64,000 bases of DNA from Octopus vulgaris (GCA_951406725.2 OX597815.1:41850001-41914000); one strand, 5' to 3'. Numbered from the stretch's first letter, positions 22,395 to 36,675 are shown. A program made the numbers and translations. The notes: a model not told the origin generated them from the letters alone.

Positions 22395-24560
22395 GAAAGA
22401 TGCAACATCAGGATACGCTAAAATACATAATCAGTGTCGAGACCTGAGGTCACAAGGTCTTTCAGCAACTCAACAGAGGTTGATCAGGCTCCGAATTATA
22501 TCCCGGCTGCAATTACCAACAGATCAATGAACCCTCACAATCTCAAACCACCTGGTGGCTTTTTCTGCGCTTTAGCTTTCAAACATAATGAGACTCTTCT
22601 TTGCTACCTTTGTAATACCCATTTAGTTGAGGACTTTGCGGGGTTTTTACATGCGGTCTGCTTGGCCATTTACACTTTAGCAGATCAGGTCATTTCACAA
22701 CGTAGACTATAGATACAGCGGTAGACTGCATGCTAAAGCAGCACATTTTTCAGAGTTAGTGCCCTGTAATGACTCTAAAGGCAACCTCTGAGAGCTCATA
22801 ATAGTTCTTCCAGACTCCGTCATTGCATTTCACTAGTCCCTGATACCGTGTACGTTTATTCCCCTTGGCTTCTTCAATATGCTATTTCCGAGGCACTGTT
22901 AGTGCCAGCCTGATCATTTGTTTTCTGGCCTCAGAAGTGATAATCATAGCTACAATATACTACAGAAAACTCAGTTGCTTGACCTCATCGACATGTAGTT
23001 GTCAATCAAAAGCCGTGAAAATAAGGTTCGGTTTATTTTTTAGCTGTGGACGAGGTTTCTCTCCAGTTTTGACATAAACCGGTGACTTCTTTGAGACGTG
23101 GGGGCGTTTGCTCAAGCTAATGACAGTGATTTTGAGGTCAGCAAACATTCTGGCGCGAACGAAAGTAACCTTCTCCGACAGTTCTGAGAAATTACTGGGA
23201 AGTTCTAAGGATCCTCAATGAAGAGTAGAATGGAGGGAGAGGGAACAGGAAAGTGTCTCATTTTGATCCCAACATGAAAATTAGATGGGTTTGGCAGACC
23301 ACTGTAAACAGCGGTGGAAGTCCGCCTACATTGTTTGACCAGGAAACACTCTGCAGGTAAATACTCCCTAATCTCGTTCACGCTTCTTGCTACCTTTGTC
23401 CCATAGTCCCATTTACTCAGTTTTCTGATTCTGTAGCAGCAATGCTCTCGAGTTGATCAGATTGAAACCCATCTTTGCACAAGTGATAAGTTTCTCAAGC
23501 TCTTGTAGGCATTCATCTACTTTCTGGGATCAAAGTTATCGTAATAGTAAGGTCATCCATAAATGCTCTTACTTGTTGCCATAAAAGAATTTCGAAAAAG
23601 GGCACCTCTGTATTCCGCTTTAGGATACATTGGCCACCATGTTCGTAGTAAGGGACAAAAAAAGTAACAGATACGGTACAACCCGTTATTATTTCATTTC
23701 CAAGCAGACACCAGTCTAAAGATTCTGATCTAAAAGTTACACTCAACCCCAAATGATTGTAAGGTCAGGCAAGCCCTTGATTTTACTGGGAATATGGTGG
23801 CGATGTAGTGCCTCCTCAACCAGATTACGCGGTAAAGATCAGTTGGTATTAACTAGATCTTTAAAAGGCGGCGAGCTGGCAGAAACGTTAGCACTTCGGG
23901 CGAAATGCTTAGCAGTATTTCGTCTGCCGTTACGTTCTGAGTTCAAATTCCGCCGAGGTCGACTTTGCCTTTCATCCTTTCGGGATCGATAAATTAAGTA
24001 CAAGTTACGCACTGGGGTCGATGTAATCGACTTAATCCGTTTGTCTGTCCTTGTTTGTCCCCTCTGTGTTTAGCCCCTTGTGGGTAGTAAAGAAATTGGT
24101 ATTAACTAGATCTAATCACAAAATGATTAGGCCGCTTCTATTCTCGTGGGCAACTTCGATTATCTTTGTAACTACATCAGCGTGCTCTTAACCATCCGAG
24201 AACGTCAAGAATATCACTCTTCTGCAATAATGGATTAATGTAGCTATCTTTGTGGAGGAAAAAACTAGGTCAGCCTTCGGAAAATAATGCTGAAAAACAC
24301 TTTCCCTTCGACACTCAGCAGCCGAAACTGAGTTAAGTCCCTTGAATTTTCTTCTTTGGGGATCCAAACTTGCTCAATGCACTTCTACTGGACAGTGACT
24401 AATCCCCTTTGCTATATTACATTTAAGTTCCATATATGGATGAGAAGATATGGACAACGCTTGTAAACTATGTAGGTATCTCACTGGGACTTAAAGCTAA
24501 AGCTGAGTGTGTCGCCTTGCCGAGTTCCTCAACTTCTAACCGTTTGGCTCTCTCAAACTA
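22395..24560 (-). mobile_element. Decayed HERO-like (RLE-bearing) non-LTR retrotransposon
   Basis: Minus-strand remnants VWIPKEENSRDLTQFR, LSVEGKVFFSI, IITGCTVSV, VRAFMDDLT and AEKATRW; many stops; interrupted by a SINE. Confidence 0.75.
23861..24095 (+). mobile_element. SINE group B (Meta-like central domain), tail type 1
   Basis: Head ggcggcgagctggcagaa, central gcctttcatcctttcggg.tcgataaattaagtac; perfect 18-bp TSD ttggtattaactagatct at 23843-23860 and 24096-24113. Confidence 0.92.
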
Positions 24561-25113
24561 AACTGTTTTTGTTTTTTGCTGTTTCTTTTTTTCACATCAG
24601 TCGCTCTGCCAAACAACCTTTCTATGAGAAACACTTTCTCACGATTTTAATAATTGCTATCTTATAACAATCTTTATAGAGATATTGTTACAATGATCTT
24701 AACTTTCAGGTCTACTATAAGTTTTACATCATAGCTTTCTCATATTATTTATTACTGAAGCTATAAATTGCGTTGCTTCACGACAGTTCTTTTTTATGTA
24801 TGTTATATCCAAAAATTCTTTTGATGATTATTTATTAAATACAGAAACTTTAATATACATTAATTATATTGGAACTAATAACGAAGTGGCTAATAACCAA
24901 AAATTTGATATGAATCAGTCAGGTGTGTATGTATTTATGGGTGCGCGTATTGAGACCCTTCCACGGGGACTATAGAATTAACAGCCAAATCTCACCCAAA
25001 TCACACAATACCCACTTAATGAAGAAACAATTAGACAAAGATTGGATATATAGTTACAGATGAGAGAGAGAGATTCAGTAACTATGACAAAATTAAAAAT
25101 AATACTGCCAATA

Positions 25114-25512
25114 TGGCGCCGGAGTGGCTGTGTGGTAAGTAGCTTGCTAAACAACCACATGGTTCCGGGTTCAGTCCCACTGCGTGGCATCTTGGGCAAG
25201 TGTCTTCTGCTATAGCCCCGGGCCGACCAATGCCTTGTGAGTGGATTTGGTAGACAGAAACTGAAAGAAGCCTGTCGTATATATGTATATATATATGTAT
25301 GCGTTTGTGTGTCTGTGTTTGTCCCCCTAGCATTGCTTGACAACCGATGCTGGTGTGTTTACGTCCCCGTCACCTAGCGGTTCGGCAAAAAAGAACGATA
25401 GAATAAGTACTGGGCTTCCAAAGAATAAGTCCCGGGGTTGATTTGCTCGACTAAAGGCGGTGCTCCAGCATGGCCGCAGTCAAATGACTGAAACAAGTAA
25501 AAGAGAGAGAGA
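25114..25512 (+). mobile_element. SINE group A, young subfamily
   Basis: Full-length, CpGs largely intact. Confidence 0.92.
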
Positions 25513-25784
25513 GTCCGACTTATAATCCTATTTATACAATTTGTTTGAAAGTAATATTTAAAGGATTAAACACTTTAATCATGTAAATATCAATTTAAAA
25601 AGATAAATGAATAAAGAGGAAAGATTTAGTAGGTTTAGAAAAAAGTAGTGATATAAAGACCTAAACACACACACAAAATGCAAGAAGTAATTAATTGTGG
25701 GTAGGATTAAACACTTTAATCATTTAATAAGGATGAATGAGTAAGAAAGGCTTAGATGAAATAGAACATGCTCGAAAATTTTAC

Positions 25785-26050
25785 TTTATTCTTTTACGTT
25801 CCAGTCATTTGATTGCGGCCACGCTGGAGCACTGCACTGAAGGGTTTTAGCCGAAGAAATCGACCCCAGGACTTATTCTTTGTAAGCCTAGTACTTATTC
25901 TATCGGTCTCTTTTGCCGAATCGCTAAGTTACGGGGACGTAAACACACCAAAATCGGTTGTCAGTGGAGGGACAAACAGACACAAAGACATACACACACA
26001 AATATAAATACGACGGGCCTCCTTCTGCTAAATTCACTCACAAGGCTTTC
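25785..26050 (-). mobile_element. SINE group A, 5'-truncated
   Basis: Tail and part of the body on the minus strand. Confidence 0.8.
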
Positions 26051-26789
26051 CGATCCTATTTCAATGTCAGATATATCATTATTATAATATTCAAGAAGAT
26101 TGGTAGAAACGGTAGAGAGTTAGATAAAATGCTCTGCACTATTACGAGTTCAGATTCTGCTAAAGTCAGTTTTTGCTTTCCATTGTTTTTCTTTAAATTC
26201 AGTAAAGTAAATCAAGTACTGAGAGATGATATAATTAATAGCTCCCTCTCTGCAAGTTGTAGTTTCGTGTCGATATTAGACATCAACATCATTTTCTAGG
26301 CGATTTGGTTGTAAAAGTCGTAGATAAGATCCTTTATGTTCTGAGTTCAAACCTCTACAAGGGGTAAAAGTTGATAGAATGTTGCATATAGTTACCCTTC
26401 CTTGGCTGACATGCAGTTCACACTCGTAAAAGAAAGTGTATGTAAATAGTCCTACAAAAGTGAAAGTAAATTGAGATAGAAACTGGAAGTGACGACAGTA
26501 GCATTCCAAAATTTTATATAAAGAACTTATTATGCTACGTCCATATGTATACTATCTTCTAGTAATATGCTAATTATTTCAGAAGTAGCAGCCGAGGTAC
26601 ACCCTTCCAATGTACTATACTCAACAACGAACACCACTGAGAAATGCAACTGTTTTCATCTTATATAAAACGAGCAAACATTTAAACCAAATTTTCTCAA
26701 AACAACTTGTCCAACCGTCCCATAGGCCTCCCCTTTGAGAAACACTGATTTAACCTAAATTTGAGACACCAGCAAAAGAAGAAATAAAG

Positions 26790-27178
26790 ATATATACTTT
26801 TTTTCTATTCCAAGAAAAACGATTTTACAAATGCACGTTTCCACGGTTTTATCGATCGCATTCTCACTTGCAATCGATTTTTGTAATTTTTTCCAGACTT
26901 ATACACGCCCTGATACCGTCGGTATCGTGAGTTCAAATTCCGCCGAGGTCGACTTTGCCTTTCATCCTTTCGGGGTCGATAAATTAAGTACCAGTTACGC
27001 ACTGGGTCGATGTAATCGACTTAATACCTATGTCTGTCCCCTCTGTGTTTAGCCCCTTGTGGGTAATAAAGAAATAGGTATCTACATATCAAATTTGAGC
27101 ACAATCGGATGAAGGATGCCCGAGATCCTAGAAAACACACACACAGACAGACAGACAGAACGGATTTTATATAACAGA
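26790..27178 (-). mobile_element. Helitron-like 5' fragment interrupted by a truncated group B SINE (~26928-27077, +)
   Basis: Minus strand begins A|TCTGTTATATAAAATCC followed by (CTGT)n; SINE flanked by ggtatc on both sides. Confidence 0.6.
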
Positions 27179-29951
27179 TGTGGATTTTTATGTTATATTA
27201 AAATACATGTACGTTCTATATATTAGTTACGTCACATTCATTTTTGGATGAAATTATGGGATGTCGCTGTCATCACTTTCCGCATCCGTCGCAAATTACT
27301 TTCATTATTTCTTGGACAATTTACTTTCACATTTTCACCACCAGAAACTGCATGTAAATCCCATTCCCGTTATCTTCAGAAATTGATTTTGCCTTTCATT
27401 TCTCCAGATACAGTAAGATAAGTGCCAAGGAAGTACTAGTGTTCAATTAAGTTGACGTTATATTAATTAGATGACTTCGATAACAGTTTCAAATGATACA
27501 CTTCCACATATGTTTGTAATATTTATAAGAAATCTGAAGTAAAATTTCAATTCACAAACAGAAGCAAAAAGTAATGAATATCAGAGGTGAATATATTTGT
27601 TTATTAATAATGCCGAGATTACTCTTTTCGCTCTGAGTTTGTGGCGACCTAACTTCTAACCTAACATCATAAACAAAAAATATCTTCTTTTATTTGGTAG
27701 TAAGAACATTTTCAGTTAACAGCGATAGTTCTCATTGATTAAAAGCGTAAACAACCCTATTGCTGATCACTCATAATTGAGTTCAGACTTAGTTTAATTT
27801 TATCATAGTCAACAATTAAAAGGGGGGGGGGACACATCTTAAATGCCAGAGATTCTATTTTCAACGAGAGTTTAAACATAGTAACAAGGAAACAATATAA
27901 TTATGCTCTTCTGATGAAAAATATATTCATTAACTAAACCAAATTGCAATCGAAGGGGTGCGTCAAAGTTTAATTGGTAGGGGTATGTGGTTAAAAAAAT
28001 TTCGTTTCGCAATTACGTGATTTCGAGTTCGATTTCTTCAAACATGGCCTCGAATCGAACAAAGCCTTGTGAGTAAAATTTAGTGGACGAAAACTATAAA
28101 GTTCGTCGGGGAGAGTGCTGTTCTTGAATGTTATATTTAATCCATCGATTGGTTCGACAACACTACCTGATTCTTGGGTGCCTTTAGTGGAGTTCACTGT
28201 TTCAAGCATTCGTGCTTTATTTCCGATCTGATAATTTCTTCTGTTCCCTATTTCATCCCTCCCTGACAGTCTTAAAGGCCTAACAAAAGGTCGTGGGCAC
28301 TGTTCATTCCTCTCCAATTAAGCCATTGTGTTTTTGAAAGAAATTAATTAACATAGAAACACTGTTGATAAAACAGAGTTTGACTGACATTCGCACGTAC
28401 AATTACTTGCAAATAATTTTAAACAAATGATTTAAATGGACTATACCGCAAAGGTTTATACTGACCAGAATTTTTTCTTTTTAATATTAACCAATCTAAA
28501 CGGCATTGTAAATACTCCGTATAATAATAATTGCCCTATTGTATTGCGCATTAAAGTTACTGTTACCAACTTGATGTGAATGTCTCAAAATAGAAAAGTT
28601 TTCGTTAGATTGTGTTTGTGATCTGGTTTAAACTCCTAGGCAGTTATTTAGGGTTATTAGTAACACAGGGAAATGCATGAATGTCACAATTCTCTTCTAA
28701 CCGTAGAAAGCAGTGGCATCACAATAAAAACTAGCATTTACAGGCTGGGCAGTACTGGTTCTAATTGTATTGCCATCAGCCGAGAGTAGGCTGAAAAAGA
28801 TTTTAACAAGTGAGATCTGACAGGTGCTAACTTGAAACAAATGTTTATCGTCAATTCCAGTATCTCTGTGAAATCGTTTTGCGATTATCCCTACATTGTT
28901 AACAGCAACAAATAGGCGTGAATGAAATCAAATATATTTTTGCGAATGAATATTACCGGTAAAGATAGCTGTATATTTTCACGTACCTCACAATAGTTAC
29001 GTAGCTGAGGCATTTTAGATCTTGATTAAGTGCTTAGATAACTTCACTGAAACTAAGTTATTAAATTGGAAAATGAAAGACTAAGTTTCTATCAAAGTAG
29101 ATTATGTTAGATAAAGCTCGTATTTTATACGATAATATCAAACTATCAGAGCTAAACTTCTTTTCAAGTAATATAACTGCAGGTACGAATACGAATTGCT
29201 CTATTTATGTATACTCTCTCTGTCTCTCTCTCTTTCTCTCTGTCTCTGTCTGTCTCTCTCTCGCTCGCTCTATCTATCTATCAACTTCAAAAGCTTATAT
29301 TATTTCAATTGGATTTTGTTAAATTTCTTTTAATCACAAGTATTTCGAGTTTTTAGATCGTAGGCTTGCGATTGGCTAAAATTACATAACTTAAATGCTT
29401 GTAATTTCTTTATTATTAATTTATATTTATATATATAAAGATATGAATGCGATTTTCATCACCTACATCAAAGTATGTTTTAAAAATAATCAGGTGAAAA
29501 TTTAGAATACTTCAAGATGTTAGAAGAAATTTAATAATTCTTTCAGTTACCTGTCTATATTTTTTTTATTTATCCAGTTTTTTTTTCTGGCTTTATTTTC
29601 AGTCAGAATTTCTCTATTTACAAGGTTTACTACACTATATATACAAGGTTACCTACTCTATATTCTTGAAGCTATAACAATACCAAGTTATATTTCATTC
29701 TTCCTAAATCATTTGTAGAAATGATTCATCTACACACAACCATACACGCCTCAATTCAGGCTTACTTCCTATGATCAGTAACCTCGAAAAACGAACATCC
29801 TGCAATGTGATAACAGCAGTTACATATATCCATGAAACACACACCACAAAAAAAAAAAAATTATCACGACTTAGGAACAGTACACCACTGAAAATCCTTC
29901 ATAGACCCTGTGATCATAAATCAGGTTTTTATCGTTATTATCGTTGTGTAA

Positions 29952-30142
29952 TAAGGTTGGCAGAATAATTAGCGCGCCAGGGAAAATGCTTAGCATTATT
30001 TCTTCTGGTTTTACGTTCGCCGTTCAAATTCCGCCCAGGTCACCATTGCCTTTCATCCTTTCGGGGTCGATAAAATAAGTACCAGCTGAGCACTGAGGTC
30101 AATGTAATCGACTTATCCCCTTCCTCGAAATTTGAAACCATT
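29952..30142 (+). mobile_element. SINE group B, tail type 2
   Basis: Central domain plus the aaatttgaaacca tail. Confidence 0.8.
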
Positions 30143-30329
30143 ATTGTTGTGTAGACCCAACTAAACCCTGATGGAACATTTTTTTTATCGTACTTAGATA
30201 ATTGATCGAACAGCTGGGTGCAATCCACACAGATCCATACCTCCGGATTTCAACTGCTGTGAATTCCAGCGGAAAATATTTATCGTCTGACCGGAGTTCT
30301 AACGCATTTCTTCTCTGTCACATTAAATC

Positions 30330-30701
30330 CCAAACTCAATTATTCAGTATATTCCTACATTTCAGAGATAACAGGATTAAATTTGGCAAAGGATTTAGCT
30401 GATTCTTCTACTTTTTTAGCAATGGTTCTTCTTCAATCCTACACGAATTTACAAACTGTGTGGAATCACCCAGGCGTAAGTCCAGTTGGCATACCGATAC
30501 AAATGTGTCCCGCCACACTGAATTTGTTTCCTCATAACTTGCAGAAAAATGTATATTTTTTAATGAAACTTTCTAGATACCTTTCAGTGAGTGTACAATG
30601 TTAAATATTTAATCACTAGCACTATGACCCTCTAACTGAAAAATTGTGGATTTGTATAAAGGACACGCACACAGACATTTTGCCGTTTATATATAGAGAG
30701 A
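30330..30701 (-). mobile_element. Helitron-like 5' fragment
   Basis: Minus strand begins A|TCTCTCTATATATAAACGGCAAAATGTCTGTGTG; 3' extent uncertain. Confidence 0.45.
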
Positions 30702-31369
30702 TGGCAATAAATGACTGTGTACCGAACAAACGTCATCGGCTTGCTATGAGAAAGTTCAATTTCTTCGGGTGGTAAACCCTGCTGATGACAGGCGGTTTCC
30801 TATCCAGAGTAAGAGGTATCTCACCCACTTAACGCCACAGAAACACAACAGAAATTCCAAATTCAGAATTCTTGTGTAGAAATTTTTGATAAACATGGAA
30901 GAGTTGGTTCAAACCGAAATGATCTGGCGACTGACTCAATGTTACGTAGTCAAGTCGTTATAGGAAAACAATAATACTTATGAAGTGAGGAGAAGAAAAC
31001 AGCTCAATGATTGATTTTTATTTTAATCTGATCTTTGTAAGTAAGGTGGATAATTTTGAACATAGTTCTATTTTCCTAGACTCCCTCAGCGAAGTTAATT
31101 CAAAATTTCAGTCGCTTCCATTTTAGGCAGAAGTGATTTGATTTCATTTAATATTATTGTCATGAGAAATGACATATTTTTCAGAATGTTAATTTGAAAA
31201 CTTTAATGAATATCAATTATGAATAATAGTCACAATGAAGATGACCGCAGTTAAATTTTGTTTCGTTTCACCGATTTTATTTGTTTTATAGAAAAGCATT
31301 TACTACCATCAAATAACAGCTTTTTTGCAAGTCAACCGGGAAACCGCTATGCGAACCCTCGATTTACTA

Positions 31370-31522
31370 GAAAAATCACCCAAAATCTCTTTTATTTTCT
31401 TAAAAGATTTCTTAGATGCTGTAACCTTACTTTTGTACTATCATACTTCTAAAAAAATACGGGATGGTCGCAACTGGAATGCCTTTGGGACTGCCTGATG
31501 GAGGTTAAGCATCAATAACAAC
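31370..31522 (+). repeat. Old unnamed dispersed repeat (similar copies near 3270, 9570, 32700, 42780, 60010, 62510)
   Basis: Shared motifs caaatctccctcaaatcacacc, tagataatgt, gatggtcac.gctggaatgcctttgatc and an (AAC)n-like end. Confidence 0.5.
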
Positions 31523-31567
31523 CATGACTTTACAGGTAATAGTTAATTATACTCGGAATACTGACGT

Positions 31568-31947
31568 CGGCGTGACTGCGTGGTTAAGAAGCCTGCTTTC
31601 CAACAACGTGATCTTGGGTTCAGTCCCACTGCGTAACATCTTGGGCAAGTGTCTTCTATTCTAGCCTCTAGCCGACCAAAGTCTTCTGAGTAGATTTGGA
31701 AGACAGAAACTGAAAGAAGCCCGTCGAGCGTGTGTGTGTGTGTTTGCGTTATGTTTGTACTTCACCACTGCTTGGCAACTAATGTTGGTTCGTTTACACC
31801 CCTGTAACTTAACGGTTCGGCAAAAGAAAAACCGATAGAATAAGTACCAGGCTTTAAAAATAAGTAGTAGAGTCGATTTGTTCGACTAAATCCTTCGAGG
31901 CAACGCCTCAGTATGATCACAGTCCAATGACTGAAACAAGTAAAAGA
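31568..31947 (+). mobile_element. SINE group A
   Basis: Full-length match to the family. Confidence 0.9.
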
Positions 31948-32810
31948 TTAATGTTTGAATATTTTTTAATGGTTTCATTTATTCAGAGAAACGTAGGGGT
32001 TTGTAATTTATGTCCTTGAGTTTCAACAAACTTTTACCTCACTTATCTACCAGTAATTATTTTCTAATATAATCGAGAAGAAAAACAGAATCGTAAACAT
32101 GACGTTATTGTGTATGTATATTGGCATAATTACACTAGAAAGTTTGTGTTAACCTATACTCTATCTTGTGAGTTGCTAAAATTTGACTTGCTTGACATTT
32201 TAAAAGAGGTCAAGTTGCAACGAAATTAGGGACATGGTATTTGATGGAAAATTACGAATGTTCACTCTTGATTTGGGAGTGAGCAGCATTCCACGGTGTA
32301 ATGTACCTTAAATGACACTTCCACCTACTTTATTCAAATTATCCTGACGTAGATATATGTATCAGAATACACGACACAGTGTAGAGTAGTCTAGTCACGA
32401 ATCTATTTTGCGCCTTAACTGGTTACTCCACAACCTTTATTAATTATCAATAATGTAGGCGATACAGTATACCATTTCTCGCTTGTAAAAACAAATATAA
32501 ACAAGTCTGAGTTTAAATTACTAAAACTGGAGAAAAGATCGTACATTTTTTTTTAGAATAATTCGAAAGCTTCAGTTATTAATATCATTCATTATAAGGG
32601 CGGTGACGGCTAAAATGATGAAGCGCCTGCTAACATGTCTTTTATTGGTTTATGTTCTGAGCTTAAATCTATCCAGTTTCTTTTTACTCCTGTTTATCCT
32701 AGGAAAATCCCTGATCGAACAAACCTATAGTCAAACGCATTCCAACTGAGTCCGTTCTGCTTTATTTTCAGACAAAGTGTATCTAGGATGTCAATATATT
32801 ACATATTCTA

Positions 32811-33021
32811 AGGCAGCGAGCTAACAGAATCGTTAGCACGCTGGGTAAAATGCTTAGCAGAATTCTGTCCGTCTTTACGTTCTGAGTTCAAATTCCACCG
32901 AGGTCGACTTTGCCTTTCATCCTTTTGGGGTCGATAAAATAAGTACCAATTGAGTACTGGGGTCGATGCAATCAACTTGCCGCGCTCCCCAAAATTGCTG
33001 GCCTTGTGCCAAAATTTGAAA
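32811..33021 (+). mobile_element. SINE group B, tail type 2
   Basis: 20-bp TSD tcaatatattacatattcta at 32791-32810 and 33022-33041. Confidence 0.92.
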
Positions 33022-33357
33022 TCAATATATTACATATTCTAACATTTCTACTTCAGTATATAGTAGATGGAAGTATTTAAGATGTATTATATGTGGAATG
33101 CTGTTCACCCTCTGTCCGAAGATGGTGGGAATGTAATTTCAGTGAAAGTGGTTGTTATTTCTCGCTGGTAGAGCAACCACGTAGAAGCTCTGTCGTTGGC
33201 TCGATTCTTTCGTGTTGTAAAAGTACCAGAAATATATTTGAGATCGAATCTAGTCGTGATCATTTTAACCCCTATTCGTTTACATTTTGCTCATCAACAA
33301 AGCAGTTTTCTTACAAGGACGGAGGAGGCTATGCTTTGCTGAGGAAGTCTAGGAATA

Positions 33358-33864
33358 CAGTGATTCCTTGCTACTTCGCGGTTCAACTATCGCGGATTCA
33401 CGACTTCGCGGATTTTAAAAATATATATATATATATCTGAGCCAGCCAAAATTTTTCATTAAATCCATTAAAATAATAATAAATATTATTTCCTAGTCTA
33501 GGAACAACAAAACAAGCGTAAAATAACAAAAACCATATATAGGGATATTTGAACTTAAGACGGGCTGTGATTGGTGCAATGGAGAGAGACGACGAATCAC
33601 AGCTTTCTATTTTGTAATCTGGCCTGTGTAACAGTAACAATCTTTTCTTTTTTTTTTTTTAAATCTAAAGTGTTATTGCTTAACAGTTGTCCTTGTTATT
33701 AATAGACTACTGTAATGGGTTGGTTGTTAACAGTACAGGGAGGGTTTTAAAAGTCCAAATACACGTTAAATAAATACTGTAAATATGGTGTCTCTACTTC
33801 GCGGAAATTCAGTTATCGCAGCCGGTCTCGGAATCAATCTACCGCGATAAACGAGGGATCACTG
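33358..33864. mobile_element. pogo/Tigger-like MITE
   Basis: TIR cagtgattccttgctacttcgcgg / ccgcgataaacgagggatcactg; TA on both sides. Confidence 0.85.
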
Positions 33865-34129
33865 TATCGAATTATGTCAAGAGTTAACACCCTTTGTTAC
33901 CAAGATTAGCTTAAAATAATATTAATCACTGAGCTAATGTTTTCATCCTACCTGCCGCATCATTTCGTTTTGAGCTACTTCTTTCAATTTTATGCCAATT
34001 ACAAAAATCACAATCATTTTTTTTTCTATTAATAATTTTAAAAAAGCTACAAGTCTTTGAAGGTTAAAATGTTTTGGAATTTTAGCCAGTCAGTTCCAAC
34101 AGATGGTATTAATTGCACAGGTTCTTGTA

Positions 34130-34428
34130 GCATGGCTCAGTGGTCAGAGCGTCGAGCTTACGGTCGTGAGGTTGTGAGTTCGAATCCCGGACCGAGCTAC
34201 GTGTTATGTTCTTGAGCAAGACACTTTATTTCACGTTGCTCCAGTTCACTCAGCTGTAGGAATGAGTTGCGACGTCAAAGGTGCCAAGCTGTATCGGCCT
34301 TTGCCTTTCCCTTGGATAACATCGGTGGCGTAGAGAGGGGAGGCCAGTATGCATGGGCGACTGTTGGTCTTCCATAAACAACCTTACCCGGACTTGTGCA
34401 ATCCCATGGTCAATCATGACTGAAGGGG
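34130..34428 (+). mobile_element. tRNA-derived CORE-type SINE group D
   Basis: A box tggctcagtgg, B box gttcgaatccc, CORE-like cttgagcaagacactt; direct repeat tcttgtagca at 34123-34132 and 34429-34438. Confidence 0.88.
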
Positions 34429-35364
34429 TCTTGTAGCAACCAACTGATGGTTAAAGTTTAGATTGAAGGTGCATTGCAAAATTTCATAAGCAAACTTTAG
34501 ATGTTCATTTTCTTGCATTAAGTTTGTTTATCTTCAAATGACGTTTAGCGACGTTTAAATTATCAATTTCTTTTTCTTTTTTTTAATCTATGTTTGTTTC
34601 GATTTTCTATACGTCACGTACTGAAAACAAAAAAGAAGAAAAAAATGGCACTTTTCATAACATCGAAACGGTATGAAACGAATAGCTGGATATGATTGGT
34701 TAAACTTACAAAAACAAAAATTAATATTACCATTCACTTATCCATAAATGGTTGTGATTTTCAAGTAGAATGAAAAACTACATCTGTATAGAAATTTTCA
34801 ATAAAACTGGAAGGGTTAAGTTATATGAGCGTGTTAGCATTCATGTAACTAGTACAAAATAGTTAAATTTTAGAAGCAAAAATGTGATATAGTAACATCC
34901 ATACCTTTCCTAGGAGCACAGAAAGCCAACACACAACAAACGAGAATGAAAATCTGATTTTGTTCGGTCGGACTCGTCAACAGTTGATATGACGAATGTT
35001 TATGACAATGTCTGTGACTAAGTTCAAAAGAGTCTGTTATTTTAACAGTTAATAAACATGAGTATGACGTTCACGCCCTTCTTATAAATGAAATAAAAGT
35101 AGCTTCAAACGAGAAACTTGCTTTTATGGCTCGCCAACTAAGAATAATAAGACAAAAGACACTGAAATTTATAAGGTTAAGAGCATATAGGATGAGACTG
35201 AATGATGTTGACAATTTTCTCGAGAGCATTTATAAGCATAATTCAAAGAAACTGGTTTCAACACATTCAAAATTGTATAGTATTTCGTATATATTATGAG
35301 TTCGTTTACAAATAACTTTCCTTAGTCAAGACCACAAAATTCACAAAGCAGTATTCTTCTTTTA

Positions 35365-35760
35365 TCGTCTTTTATTTGTTTCAGCCATTAGCCAGTGGCC
35401 ATGTTGGGGCATCGCCCCGAAGAATTTTTCGTCGAATGAATCGAACCTGTGGCTTTTTTTTTTTTTGAGCCTGGTACTTACTCTATCGGTCACTTTTGTT
35501 GGACCGCTAAGTTACGGGGACGTAAACCATCACCGATTGTCAAGTGACGGTGGGGACAAACACAAAGACACACACACACAATATATATATATACGACGGG
35601 CTTCCTTCAGTTTCCGTCTAACAAATCGACTCACAAGGCTTTGGTCGGCCTGAGGCCATAGTAGAAGTCACTTGCCCAAGGTGCCATGCAGTGAGTGGGA
35701 CTGAACCCGGAACCATGTGGTTGGGAAGCTAACTTCTTATCATACAGCTACGCCTGCGCC
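35365..35760 (-). mobile_element. SINE group A
   Basis: Full-length reverse copy. Confidence 0.9.
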
Positions 35761-36039
35761 TATTAAAGAGTATTATAGAGGACCTAATCGACATTATTAC
35801 TAGCATCCACTAGAACAAGCATGGGCCACCTTTTTCGAGAAGCAGACCGCAAGAGACGTAACTTATTATCAGGCGGACTGCACTACTAAAAAAAAAATTC
35901 AAGGTAACTTTTTGTTAGGTGCGCCATTCAGAAAGTCTCGCAGACCGCAGTTTGCTCATGACTGCACAAAAGTAATAAATAAACAAAAGCGACAAGAACG
36001 ATATTTAGTCCCATAATCCTATTAAACCTTTTGCCACTG

Positions 36040-36423
36040 TATCTTTTATATTTCAGTCATTGGATAGCGATCATGCTGGGGCACTGCTTTGAAGTGGCTT
36101 ATTCGAACACATCGACCACAGTACTAATTTCAAAATCTGGCACTTATTCTATCGATCACTTTTGCAGAACCTCTAAGTTACGTGGCTGTAAACAAACCAA
36201 CATCGGTTGTCAAGCAGTGTGGCTGATAAACACAAAAATCTAAACACGCCCACACATATACACGACAGACTTTCACACAGTTTCCATCTTCCACATTCAC
36301 CCTCTAAATCAGCCCGTGGCCATAATAGTAGAAGACATTTGCCCAAGGTGTTGCACAGTGGGACTGAAACCGAAGCCACCTGGTTGCAAAGCGAGCTGCT
36401 TTTCCACGCAACCAAGCCTGCGT
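36040..36423 (-). mobile_element. SINE group A (diverged)
   Basis: Full-length reverse copy. Confidence 0.8.
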
Positions 36424-36675
36424 TTACACTGCATTTCATCTTTTGAAAAATTACAATAATGATTCGAGCTAAAGAGAATCGGGGTGGAGAACGTTCTTGG
36501 TTCCACAAGCGATTTTTTTAAATCGCTTAAATCAGAAAAGCGGGGCAGTATCCGTGGTCACGACCTTTCTAAGGGAGAGGAAAAAACCCCGGCTAATAAG
36601 CCATTGGTTAATATTATTTTCTTCGCATTAGCATACCCACACAAATGTACCCTCTTGACTTTGCTTCCTCACAAT

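Noticed and set aside
30775-30805. CTGATGA followed by a weak stem
   Set aside because: Lacks GAAA and a cleavage triplet.
34130-34200. tRNA-like sequences at SINE heads (also 45433-45507 and 1850-1921)
   Set aside because: Followed by SINE bodies and TSDs, with imperfect acceptor stems; not tRNA genes.
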